DNA from: a virus
Strand: one strand, 5' to 3'
DNA: 40,577 bases
Virus record (IMG/VR): IMGVR_UViG_3300025164_000611
The number at the start of each line of letters is the position of its first letter. Position 1 is the first letter of the stretch. Of this stretch, positions 1 through 8,397 are shown piece after piece. Below the pieces are notes generated by a model. That model was not told the DNA's origin. It searched no databases and saw nothing but the letters and a program-made list of their open reading frames with translations. A program made the position numbers and the translations under genes.

Positions 1-1
1 C

Positions 2-334
2 AATGGAGCTGGGTTAGGTGAAGGGGAAAACCGAAATGTTACAATCCCTAAGACCTTCAGAGATGGCTCTAACAGGGTTCCATACGTTTCATCGCAGGCT
101 TGGAAAAGATGGTTGCGAAACACGTTAATTGAAGAAACAGGGTGGCCAGCTAGTGAACTAAAGGCTATTGACCAATCGGCAAAACAAACTACCGTAAAGA
201 TTGCAGGAGAATTGGACCCGGTCAATTTTCCCGAAGATGACATATTTGGGTACATGAGAGCCGAAAAGGGACAAGGAAAACGCCGATCCGAAAATGAGGA
301 GACAGAAAATAGCAATAGCCTTAAGCAAAGCTAG
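2..334 (+). pseudogene. cas7: Type I-B Cas7 (Cst2/DevR family) N-terminal fragment, 5' partial at the window edge and ending at a premature TAG
   Basis: The frame is open from nt 2 and reads NGAGLGEGENRNVTIPKTFRDGSNRVPYVSSQAWKRWLRNTLIEETGW...DPVNFPEDDIFGYMRAEKGQGK. PYVS.Q..K.WLR.TL and P..+..DD+FGYMRA are recognised Cst2/DevR motifs. The ORF track starts it late, at 113. Confidence 0.8.
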
Positions 335-356
335 AAAAAAGGGAGCAAAAGTATGA
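294..356 (+). pseudogene. 3' remnant of a small basic phage gene (AIALSKAR..GAK motif, DUF6496-like)
   Basis: Reads MRRQKIAIALSKARKKGAKV*. Its TGA overlaps the ATG of the next gene (gtATGA). The frame is closed by a TGA at 255-257. Confidence 0.45.
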
Positions 357-1069
357 AAAAGTTAATTGTTATTCCCGTACTACTCTTTGTTTCTTTAGTT
401 GCTCAGGCACAACCCAATTTCAGAGCACCAAGAAATACTAGAGTTGTATTATTACAGCAAGTTCCAGACTCCATACAAGTTGAAGTCTCTTGGAATCATT
501 CCACTCCGAGATCTCTTGTAAGAGGTTATATTGTAAGTGTAGAAACTCCTTCGTGGATTTTATCTGATACAGTGCCAGCAGATCAGAATGCAGATTCGCT
601 ATGGATTCATCGAGATACTGTAGATGTTTCGGTGGAATTTAGAATTATTGCTCTAACAGATGGTGATCCTGTTGCTTCACCATTATCTACCTTTACCATA
701 CCTGCAAGTACAGTAGTTACAGCGCCTGGGAATGTTCAAGTTAAGATAATCACCTCTATTGGTATGTATCCTGATTCTATTTCTCTCGCTGGTTTAGAAA
801 GATATGATACAATACCTAGTATTGGAGATTCTATTCATTTCCTTCCAATTGGTTGGTTTGGTAAAATATCAATGGTTTGTGGTAGTTTAGATACTGGTAA
901 TAGAGGATGGATTCAAGTTGAACCTAAAGCCTCTGCTCAACCATATGGCTGGTATATGACTGATGGAGGGGCATTTATACCAGATAGCGGGTGTGGTTGG
1001 CAAAATTCATATTCAACAGATCGTAATATTGCAGATGTAACATTTAGTGACGTAGGAATAACACTATGA
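353..1069 (+). CDS. Exported protein with signal peptide and Fn3/Ig-like beta domain
   Basis: MKK + hydrophobic core + AQA/Q cleavage-like site; VEVSW...GYIVSV...VEFRIIA Fn3-like pattern; GGGAG RBS. Confidence 0.6.
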   Translation: MKKLIVIPVLLFVSLVAQAQPNFRAPRNTRVVLLQQVPDSIQVEVSWNHSTPRSLVRGYIVSVETPSWILSDTVPADQNADSLWIHRDTVDVSVEFRIIALTDGDPVASPLSTFTIPASTVVTAPGNVQVKIITSIGMYPDSISLAGLERYDTIPSIGDSIHFLPIGWFGKISMVCGSLDTGNRGWIQVEPKASAQPYGWYMTDGGAFIPDSGCGWQNSYSTDRNIADVTFSDVGITL

Positions 1070-1599
1070 TTGCTCCAGCAAATATTCGTTTACTGCGTGC
1101 TACCGGCCTTGATGATGATGGAATATCAGGAGTAGCAGGTGAAATAGGAAGAATTTTAAGTAATGGTATTCCTAATTCTTTAACTTTTGATGATATTCAA
1201 GCTGAGGCAGTATTTACTGTATTAAAAGTATATAGGCGTAAGCCTGATGCTACAAATGCTTATGTTTGTGTATCTACAAGACACAAGATATTTACTCTCA
1301 TAAAGAATGAGAATAGAGAATTTTTTAGATATAATGATCTCCCAATAGAGAGAAATGGAACTGGTTGGCCATTTAGAACTAGAATAATGAGACTGCCTTT
1401 GGTGGATAGGGAATGCGGAGATTGTGGTATTTACATGGCACAAATCAATCCTTCTAGATACTATTGTGATGATTGTTCTAAGGCGAGAAGAAGAGAAAAA
1501 CGGAAGGGGTATGATAAGAAGCGGAGAACAAAGGCTTGTGTTTCTGACCCCGTTACACAAGGAAGTAAGTATGAAACGGGAAGAGGCGAAACTGCATGA
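1066..1599 (+). CDS. Hypothetical protein with C-terminal Zn ribbon and basic helix
   Basis: CGDC...CDDC followed by KARRREKRKGYDKKRR; ATGA-coupled to the upstream gene. Confidence 0.6.
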   Translation: MIAPANIRLLRATGLDDDGISGVAGEIGRILSNGIPNSLTFDDIQAEAVFTVLKVYRRKPDATNAYVCVSTRHKIFTLIKNENREFFRYNDLPIERNGTGWPFRTRIMRLPLVDRECGDCGIYMAQINPSRYYCDDCSKARRREKRKGYDKKRRTKACVSDPVTQGSKYETGRGETA

Positions 1600-1680
1600 A
1601 TCTCTGTATTATACATTACGATAAGGACAAGAATCCATGCACAGACGCCTAACGACGGGAATGAGGATTGAGGGGGGTTA

Positions 1681-1763
1681 TAAGTAAGAGGACCTCAAAC
1701 TGGGTTGAAATACTCAGCATCTCTTGTCCTTAAGTATAATAAAGAGATGAGAGGGCTTACTTA
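1681..1763 (+). ncRNA. Predicted three-way-junction RNA/DNA structure upstream of the portal gene
   Basis: P1 TAAGTAAG/CTTACTTA plus CCTC/GAGG; P2 CTGGGT-TGAAAT-ACTCAG; P3 CATCTCTT/AAGAGATG; possible pseudoknot AGGA(C)/(G)TCCT. Confidence 0.45.
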
Positions 1764-1792
1764 AATTTTAAAAGGAAAAGGGAAACAAAAAA

Positions 1793-3721
1793 ATGCCGTA
1801 TCCAAGAGAAATATACTTGGGTGAAGTGAGAGAAGCTGAGTTGGTTCAACATATTGAGTCTGAACTAGTTCAATATTATATGGATACGAGTGAACATCTT
1901 GATGATTTAATTCAATGGCAATCTGATTACTGGGCTAAACCTACAAAGAAGCAGGCTATTTTTCCATTTAAAGGAGCTTGTACAACTGTAATTCCTGTTA
2001 CAGCTATTGCTGTAGAAGCAATTCATGCTAGAACAGAGACACAATTGTTTGGACAACAACAGTTAGTTGCTGCGCAGTCTATTTCTAATGAGTGGGATGA
2101 GGCCCAGAAGCCTCTTGAAGATTTTATGAATTATTATTTATTTAGGAAAATAAAGATTAAAAGTGAACTTTCTTCTTGTTTTCTAGAGGCTGAAAAATTT
2201 GGTACTATGATTGGTAAACCTGGTTATGAGAGAGTTGTTAGATATGGTGCAAGAGAAATTAATGGTGAGGAGAAAAATTTCTCAGTTGTATACAAAGATG
2301 GTCCTTGTTTTGATGCAATTCCTGATTCTAGATTCCTTTATCCTTATTGGGCTAAAGATGTTCAATCTTCAGATTGGGTTGGGGAGGAACATAGTGAATC
2401 TCCGTATTATATTTATCAAGCGGAAAAAGCAGGATTATTTAGAGAGGGTATATATGAGGATTTAATGATATATATGGAGAATCAGATGTCAGGTTCTCCT
2501 GGTGATGATGGTAAGAAGTTTGATCGTAGCCAGATGGATTTGGAGCATACAAAATATAGTATAGGGAAAAATCTTGAGTGGATTGAGTTTTGGACAGCGT
2601 GGGAAGTGGATAGTAGTGATGTTAAGAAAGAAATAGTTATTCATTACCATAGAGATTCTCGTAAAATTATGTCGATTAGATATAATTATTTATCTGATCT
2701 TCGTCGTCCTTATCGTATAGGTAAATATTTCCCAGTAGAACATAGAAGTCGTGGTATTGGTATTTGTAAGATGAATGAGCAGTTCCAGCGTTCTATTACC
2801 ACTAGGCATCGTCAGTTTGTAGATAATGCTACTCTTGCTAATATCAGGATGTTTAAGATTCATAAGTTATCTGGATATGGAAATGGCGAGCCTATCTTCC
2901 CAGGGAAGATGTGGTTCTTAGATAATATGGATCAAATAGATACAATACAGATGGGTGAGGTTTATCCCTCTGCTTATCAAACAGAACAATCCGATGTAAT
3001 TTATTCTCAACAGAGGACTGGAGTTAATGATGTAACTCTTGGTATGCCTCAAGTTGGTACTCCAGGAACTGCAACTTCTGATTTAGCAAGAATCCAAGAA
3101 GGAAATAAGAAGTTTGATCTGTGGTATATGAGGGTTAGAGATTTTGGTGATGAAGTTATTATGGATATTGCTGATCTATACCAACAGTTTGGGCCAAGGA
3201 ATCTTGAATATTTCTATACGGCTGCTGGTGGTGAAATGGTTAGAGCATTTATGCAATTACCTTCATCTTATATCAGAGAAGGGATTATTATTAATCTGAA
3301 AGTGTCATCTCAAGTTCATAATAAGGTTCTTGATCGTCAAAATTGGCAACAAATTGCTGGATTTTTGAATCAATATTATCAAGGTTTAGCTCAATTAGCT
3401 ATACCTCTTGGTAACCCTCAAATGATTCAATTGATTTTCACTAAAGGCTTAGGTGCCTTAACTGAGGCTATGAGACAGATTCTTGAGACATATGATGTTA
3501 GGAATATTGATAGAATTATTGTAAAAGAACTTGATTTGATGTTAAAGGGTCAGATTCCATCTATACTTGGAGGAGGTAATGGACCTCTCCCGCTACCTAG
3601 TGGAGCCCAACCAAATAATAGAGTTACAGGAGCTGGTGAAGCGACCGGAATGGAGCAACTTTTATCACTTATTACAGGAAATAGAGAAGGAGGCGGCGGA
3701 AACGGTTCTAGAATCTCCTGA
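1793..3721 (+). CDS. Portal protein (head-tail connector)
   Basis: 642 aa; first gene of the head module; podoviral portal-like segments (YFPVEHRSRGIGI, VDNATLAN, QRTGVNDVTLG). Confidence 0.85.
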   Translation: MPYPREIYLGEVREAELVQHIESELVQYYMDTSEHLDDLIQWQSDYWAKPTKKQAIFPFKGACTTVIPVTAIAVEAIHARTETQLFGQQQLVAAQSISNEWDEAQKPLEDFMNYYLFRKIKIKSELSSCFLEAEKFGTMIGKPGYERVVRYGAREINGEEKNFSVVYKDGPCFDAIPDSRFLYPYWAKDVQSSDWVGEEHSESPYYIYQAEKAGLFREGIYEDLMIYMENQMSGSPGDDGKKFDRSQMDLEHTKYSIGKNLEWIEFWTAWEVDSSDVKKEIVIHYHRDSRKIMSIRYNYLSDLRRPYRIGKYFPVEHRSRGIGICKMNEQFQRSITTRHRQFVDNATLANIRMFKIHKLSGYGNGEPIFPGKMWFLDNMDQIDTIQMGEVYPSAYQTEQSDVIYSQQRTGVNDVTLGMPQVGTPGTATSDLARIQEGNKKFDLWYMRVRDFGDEVIMDIADLYQQFGPRNLEYFYTAAGGEMVRAFMQLPSSYIREGIIINLKVSSQVHNKVLDRQNWQQIAGFLNQYYQGLAQLAIPLGNPQMIQLIFTKGLGALTEAMRQILETYDVRNIDRIIVKELDLMLKGQIPSILGGGNGPLPLPSGAQPNNRVTGAGEATGMEQLLSLITGNREGGGGNGSRIS

Positions 3722-3920
3722 AAATAAGTTTATAGAAAATAAACATTTTAGGAGAGGTATTAAGTTTGTGTTGGATTTGGTGGAGTCTTTAAACCCAACT
3801 AAGTTACAGGAGCTAAAGAAAGAAAATGAGCACAAAAGAAAAGGAAATTCCGAAAGTGGAGGGAACACATTCGGAGGAATCAATCCAGGAGACGAAGTCC
3901 CAAGAAGATCCGCCTATTGA
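3579..3920 (+). CDS. Small head-module protein overlapping the portal 3' end and scaffold 5' end
   Basis: GGAGGAGG RBS before ATG 3579. Helical EW..F...L.E.E...L...RG+ pattern resembles small post-portal podovirus proteins. Confidence 0.6.
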   Translation: MDLSRYLVEPNQIIELQELVKRPEWSNFYHLLQEIEKEAAETVLESPENKFIENKHFRRGIKFVLDLVESLNPTKLQELKKENEHKRKGNSESGGNTFGGINPGDEVPRRSAY

Positions 3921-4623
3921 GGTAACAGTAGATCCAAATTATGTATCGTCTCTTGAACAGAGATTAGCAGAACAGCAGGTTCAGTATCGTAGGTTAGAGA
4001 AGTTGATTGATAATGTAAAACAGAGTAAGGAAGAAGTTTCTGCTCCGACTCCGAAATCTAGAAATGTTGAAGAAGAAAGAAAAAGTTTTTATGAAGATCC
4101 TACTGGTGCTCTTGATGCTAGGGATGATAAGATTTTGAGGCAGATGGAAAAGATGTTAGAACCTATTAAGCGTGTTGCTTCTTCATTTCAGAATGATAGT
4201 GAATATAGGAATTTAAAACTATTGATTAAACAAGATCCTTATTTTGGAAAAGGGATGAGAGATCCTGATGTTGAATCTGCTGTTGATACTATTATGAATC
4301 AACCTGGGGTTGAGATTAATGAAAATAATATTAAATCTGCTATCTCTCAAGCTGTTGGTATGAAACAAATGGGAATGTTGGGTTCATCTAGATCATCTAA
4401 TACTACAACAATAAATGAGTCAATTGATCCCCCACATGTTAGAACCACTAGAACTAGAGTGGTAAAGGAAACTGATGTGAGAAAAGAATTGACTGAAGAT
4501 GATAGACTTGCTATGAAAATTGCTGGATTGAAACCTGGTAATCCAGAACATGAGAAACAATATTGGGAGTTAATTGAAGATGAAACTATGGTTCTTCCTG
4601 TTCATAAGAAGAAGGAGAAATAA
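3826..4623 (+). CDS. Putative capsid scaffolding protein
   Basis: Charged coiled-coil protein located between portal and capsid genes. Confidence 0.6.
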   Translation: MSTKEKEIPKVEGTHSEESIQETKSQEDPPIEVTVDPNYVSSLEQRLAEQQVQYRRLEKLIDNVKQSKEEVSAPTPKSRNVEEERKSFYEDPTGALDARDDKILRQMEKMLEPIKRVASSFQNDSEYRNLKLLIKQDPYFGKGMRDPDVESAVDTIMNQPGVEINENNIKSAISQAVGMKQMGMLGSSRSSNTTTINESIDPPHVRTTRTRVVKETDVRKELTEDDRLAMKIAGLKPGNPEHEKQYWELIEDETMVLPVHKKKEK

Positions 4624-5226
4624 ATGTCTGATTCTCTTTTTACCAAATATCGTCCTAATGAGCCTGTAAGGGATTATGATGATAAATCAGAAGTTATTGA
4701 GCAAGGTTTAGATCCGAAAATAGCTGAACGTATTAAGAAGGCTGAACGTGGTGAGTTGAGGGCTAAGTTAGCTTCGATTTTAGATAGAGGAATAGTCCAG
4801 GATAGGTTATCGGTAGAACTTCCAGAAGATTTGCATGGTGAATGGGTTAGAAATGATCCTCTTGAGATTCGTAGATTAGAAACTTTAGGTTTTAGAATTG
4901 ATAATGAATATGCTGTTAAGAGAGCTATCCATTCTGATGGTACTAGTAGCGCTATTGTTGGTGATGTAATTCATATGATTTGTCCAAAGGAAGTTAAAGA
5001 TGTAATTAGTGAGATTCGTATTGAGAGGATGGTTAGGGAACATGCTGGTAAAAGAACAGGTAAGAGTAATGTCAATAAGGAAGAACGGGAGTTGTTGACA
5101 GATGTTAATAAGTTCCGTGATTCAGGTGTATCTGCTTTCATCAATTCTTCTGAGAGGCCGGCTGGGAATAAGGAATTAGCTGATATTGTAAAATCTATCG
5201 ACTCACAGACGAAAAAGTTTGAATAG
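4624..5226 (+). CDS. Conserved head-module hypothetical protein
   Basis: W+R....+..GF ... VGD+++M..PKE pattern recalled from podoviral head clusters; position. Confidence 0.55.
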   Translation: MSDSLFTKYRPNEPVRDYDDKSEVIEQGLDPKIAERIKKAERGELRAKLASILDRGIVQDRLSVELPEDLHGEWVRNDPLEIRRLETLGFRIDNEYAVKRAIHSDGTSSAIVGDVIHMICPKEVKDVISEIRIERMVREHAGKRTGKSNVNKEERELLTDVNKFRDSGVSAFINSSERPAGNKELADIVKSIDSQTKKFE

Positions 5227-5234
5227 GAGATAAA

Positions 5235-5765
5235 ATGCCTAGAGTTTTCATTCCTGCTACTGGAGCCAAGACAGTTCCTACTGTTCGTTCTGCTGTTTAT
5301 GATGTAGCAGAAACGTTCTTAAAGGGAGCTGTTCTTGGTACAAATGCAGATGGGGAAGTTATTGAGTTGACTACTGGTGCTGGTGTTGTTGATGTTGTTG
5401 GTGTAGCACTAGAAGATGTTGCTTCAAAGCCTGGTTGGAATGCTGCAAATGATGATAAGATTGTTTGGCGTACTGGTGTTGTTAGAGAAGTTTCTATTGT
5501 TGATCTTATTGAAGATCCTAATCAGATCTTTAGTGGTAGGTTAACTACTGCTGCTGGAGTTGATGTTGCACCTACACAGAGTCATATTCTTGAATCTCGT
5601 GGATTACTTCTTCTTGCTAGTGGAGAGTGGACTGTTAATGATGATAATGTAACAAATGATGCTGTTCAGATTGTTGATATTGTTGTTCGTGATAGTGTTG
5701 CTGGTAGTTATGTATTATTCAAATTCTTGGCTTCTGTTATCGCTGCTTCCGCTAACATTTCATAA
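5235..5765 (+). CDS. Putative capsid cement/decoration protein
   Basis: Val/Gly/Ala-rich beta protein immediately upstream of the major capsid gene; VVGVA motif. Confidence 0.55.
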   Translation: MPRVFIPATGAKTVPTVRSAVYDVAETFLKGAVLGTNADGEVIELTTGAGVVDVVGVALEDVASKPGWNAANDDKIVWRTGVVREVSIVDLIEDPNQIFSGRLTTAAGVDVAPTQSHILESRGLLLLASGEWTVNDDNVTNDAVQIVDIVVRDSVAGSYVLFKFLASVIAASANIS

Positions 5766-5780
5766 GGGAGAAAATACAGA

Positions 5781-6695
5781 ATGAACACACAGGCATCGCT
5801 AAACCTGCTTTTCAGGGCTGGATTACGGAAAAATTTCAGGGACACCTGGAATGAGTACGATCCAGAATACCCTGAGTATTTAAAAGTAGATAATACTGAT
5901 GAGCCAGAGATTCGGGCTACTATTATTACATCTATTTCTCGTTTAATGGAACGAGGAGATGGTGAGCCAGTTATTTATGATGATATTATTCAGGGACCAC
6001 AGGTTATTGGTGTTGATAAGGAATTTGCTGGTGGTATTATTATCACTCGTCGTACTTTAGAGGATGATAAGTACGGTAAGGCCAATCAATCAGCAAAGCA
6101 TCTTGCTCATGCTGGTCGTATGACTTATGAGTATAGGGCTGCTTCTATTCTTGATGATGCCTTTACTGGTGCTTTCTTCCGTGGTATTGATAATCTTCCA
6201 TTAATTTCTGTTCTACATACCAATCTTAACTCACCAGCTCTTAATCCTAATCGTCCTGCTGCTGATGTTTCTCTTTCGGTTACTGGTATTACGGCTTTGT
6301 TAGATTTGGCTCAGAGAGTTACAGATCATAATGGTGATCCTATTCGTATGTCTCCTGATAAGTTAATTGTTTCTAACAATGCTGCTGATGTGAATACTGC
6401 TCTTGCTATTTGGAACTCTGCTCTGGAGCCGTTTACTCCTAATAACACTGACAATGTAATTCGTCGCCGTATTCCTAATCCTACTATTGTTATTTCTCAC
6501 TACAAGGATCTTACAAGTCGTTCGTATTTCTTACAGGATAGTCGTTATAATGATGCATTCCTTAGTGTTAAAAGAGCCCTTGAGTTTGATGATACTTTCG
6601 ACTTTGATACTCAAGCTGCAAAAGCTCAGTCTACTACTAGATTCCTTATTATGTTCGTTGATTACCGCGGTTGGTGGGGTGCTGATCCTACTTGA
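5781..6695 (+). CDS. Major capsid protein (HK97 fold, Mu gpT-like family)
   Basis: 304 aa; ITRRTLEDDKYG, GDPIRMSP.KL+V and C-terminal DYRGWWG patterns; GGGAG RBS. Confidence 0.85.
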   Translation: MNTQASLNLLFRAGLRKNFRDTWNEYDPEYPEYLKVDNTDEPEIRATIITSISRLMERGDGEPVIYDDIIQGPQVIGVDKEFAGGIIITRRTLEDDKYGKANQSAKHLAHAGRMTYEYRAASILDDAFTGAFFRGIDNLPLISVLHTNLNSPALNPNRPAADVSLSVTGITALLDLAQRVTDHNGDPIRMSPDKLIVSNNAADVNTALAIWNSALEPFTPNNTDNVIRRRIPNPTIVISHYKDLTSRSYFLQDSRYNDAFLSVKRALEFDDTFDFDTQAAKAQSTTRFLIMFVDYRGWWGADPT

Positions 6696-6728
6696 ATATT
6701 AACATCTATATAGATAAGGAGAACAGAG

Positions 6729-6998
6729 ATGACTCTACTTGGGAGATCAGGTGAGTATCATACATATCCACCTTTAGAATCAGCAGTAATTGCAGGTGGA
6801 GCAGCTGGAGATTTAACTGTTACTGGTATTAAGACTTCTGACACACTGAAACTTGTTCAAAGAGTTGATGCTGCTGGAGCAAATTTAGCTAGTGAGTTTA
6901 CTATTACAGCCGCTGATACTGTTAACAATACTGGTGGAACGGATACAACTGGAATGCTACTTTTATTTGTGTGGTATAGTGCAGAGCTAGGACTATGA
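6729..6998 (+). CDS. Small virion structural protein (putative)
   Basis: Gly/Thr/Ala-rich, directly after the capsid gene, AGGAG RBS. Confidence 0.55.
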   Translation: MTLLGRSGEYHTYPPLESAVIAGGAAGDLTVTGIKTSDTLKLVQRVDAAGANLASEFTITAADTVNNTGGTDTTGMLLLFVWYSAELGL

Positions 6999-7231
6999 AT
7001 ATAGTTTTACTACAAGCGGCTTCTGGTCCTGATATTAATGGCCCAGTTGTTAGGGTTCCACCAGGAAATTATGATATTGAAAGAAGTGGAGTTTTTGAAA
7101 GTTGTTTAATGTTCTTAAATAAAGCATCTATTCCTCTTAATGGTCAGGTTCTATTAAGTAATCATACTTCTGTTAAATTACAAGCGAAGAATGCAAAAGA
7201 TTTAACTGTTAAATTCGTTCGAACAATATGA
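6995..7231 (+). CDS. Hypothetical protein
   Basis: ATGA-coupled ORF in the head module. Confidence 0.55.
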   Translation: MNIVLLQAASGPDINGPVVRVPPGNYDIERSGVFESCLMFLNKASIPLNGQVLLSNHTSVKLQAKNAKDLTVKFVRTI

Positions 7232-7239
7232 TGAGGGTG

Positions 7240-7268
7240 GTAGGGGTATAGTGAATCTATATCCCTAC
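7240..7268 (+). terminator. 12-bp hairpin between head and tail modules (attenuator or processing site; no U-tract)
   Basis: GTAGGGGTATAG-TGAAT-CTATATCCCTAC. Confidence 0.35.
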
Positions 7269-7293
7269 AAACCCCAATTGGAGGAAGTAAAAG

Positions 7294-7956
7294 ATGCCGA
7301 TGGCTATTGCTGATATGAGGCTAGGAGTTACTAGACCTTTAGGTGTTAATGTTGGTGGAACACAAATGCCCACTGATCAAGTTGATCTTTATTTGAATAG
7401 AGCATTCTGGGAAATTCAAAATAAATATCCTCTTAGAGAAAGGCAAGCTATTTCAACATTTTTAACAACCATTGGTGTTCGTAATTATGATGTATCATTT
7501 CCAACTGAATCTGTAGATCATATTGCAATCACTGAGAAAAGTTCTGGTCAAGGTCAACATTATCCTTTGATTCAAATTACTAGAGATGTATATGAGCAGA
7601 AGTATGCAGATACTGAGGATCAGTGGGATATTCCGGTTGAGTATGTAAGAGAAGCTTGTATTGTACGCTTATGGCCTACACCTGATGATGAGTATACTAT
7701 TACAATTAGAAGAAATGTTGCGCTTACTGATCTTAGTTCTATTCAATCTTCATCCATAATCCCACAAGTTTGGGATGAGATAATTGTGATGGGTGGTTTA
7801 TGGAGAGCTTGTGTTGATCTTGGTGATGTTGCTAGGGCTAATTTCTTTAAAAGTCTCCAGAGTGAGATGATTAATACAATAGTTCCGACTGAAGCTAATG
7901 AAGCTCAATCCAATTCTCAACTTGCTCATGTAGAAGTTCTTGGGTTGGAGTACTGA
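7294..7956 (+). CDS. Head-tail adaptor / tail tubular protein A-like
   Basis: 220 aa; YLNRA.WEI, RLWPTPDD.YTITI and WDEII+MG.L patterns; position; GGAGG RBS. Confidence 0.7.
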   Translation: MPMAIADMRLGVTRPLGVNVGGTQMPTDQVDLYLNRAFWEIQNKYPLRERQAISTFLTTIGVRNYDVSFPTESVDHIAITEKSSGQGQHYPLIQITRDVYEQKYADTEDQWDIPVEYVREACIVRLWPTPDDEYTITIRRNVALTDLSSIQSSSIIPQVWDEIIVMGGLWRACVDLGDVARANFFKSLQSEMINTIVPTEANEAQSNSQLAHVEVLGLEY

Positions 7957-8378
7957 TGAATAACGAAGTGAAAAATGGGATTATTCCTTCAAGTAATAAG
8001 GAGTTTTGGATTCTCTTAAGAGGTCTGCCTTATCATCTTCAATTTTTTGTTGCTGTGGTTTTGATAGCTAGTGTTATTGGTATTCCAAATGGTGTTTATT
8101 CATTTGTAAGAAATGATGGTGTTAGAGCGTTAACAGATTCGTTGGCTATAAGGGTAGATAATATTGAACATGATTTATTTGATCATGCAAAACAGAATAA
8201 TGATTTAGTTGCAAGAGTTGATTCTGTAGCTGGATTGGTTTTGCGTTATGGAGAAAGTCTTGATTTCCTTTGGTGTTTGAATGAAAAGTCTGAACTTCCA
8301 GAAGTTAGAACGTATTGTGGTGAACTTAGAGATGATATAAGAGACGCATTAAAAATAAGAGCTGGTGTTGCGAGATAG
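7956..8378 (+). CDS. Membrane protein with coiled coil (holin- or spanin-like candidate)
   Basis: Hydrophobic FFVAVVLIASVIGI segment, then a heptad-like region and two Cys. Confidence 0.4.
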   Translation: MNNEVKNGIIPSSNKEFWILLRGLPYHLQFFVAVVLIASVIGIPNGVYSFVRNDGVRALTDSLAIRVDNIEHDLFDHAKQNNDLVARVDSVAGLVLRYGESLDFLWCLNEKSELPEVRTYCGELRDDIRDALKIRAGVAR

Positions 8379-8397
8379 TACCGGAAAGGGAGTAGAG

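Noticed and set aside
332-353. TAG readthrough or genetic-code recoding fusing cas7 to the 353..1069 protein (same frame)
   Set aside because: The sequence after the TAG is not Cas7-like, and readthrough would bury a signal peptide. TAG, TGA and TAA all act as normal coupled stops elsewhere in the window.
1681-1763. Known ribozyme or riboswitch (twister, pistol, hammerhead, c-di-GMP-I, THF)
   Set aside because: Partial resemblances only (GAGGG before P1, GAAA loop); the catalytic or ligand-binding consensus nucleotides are missing.
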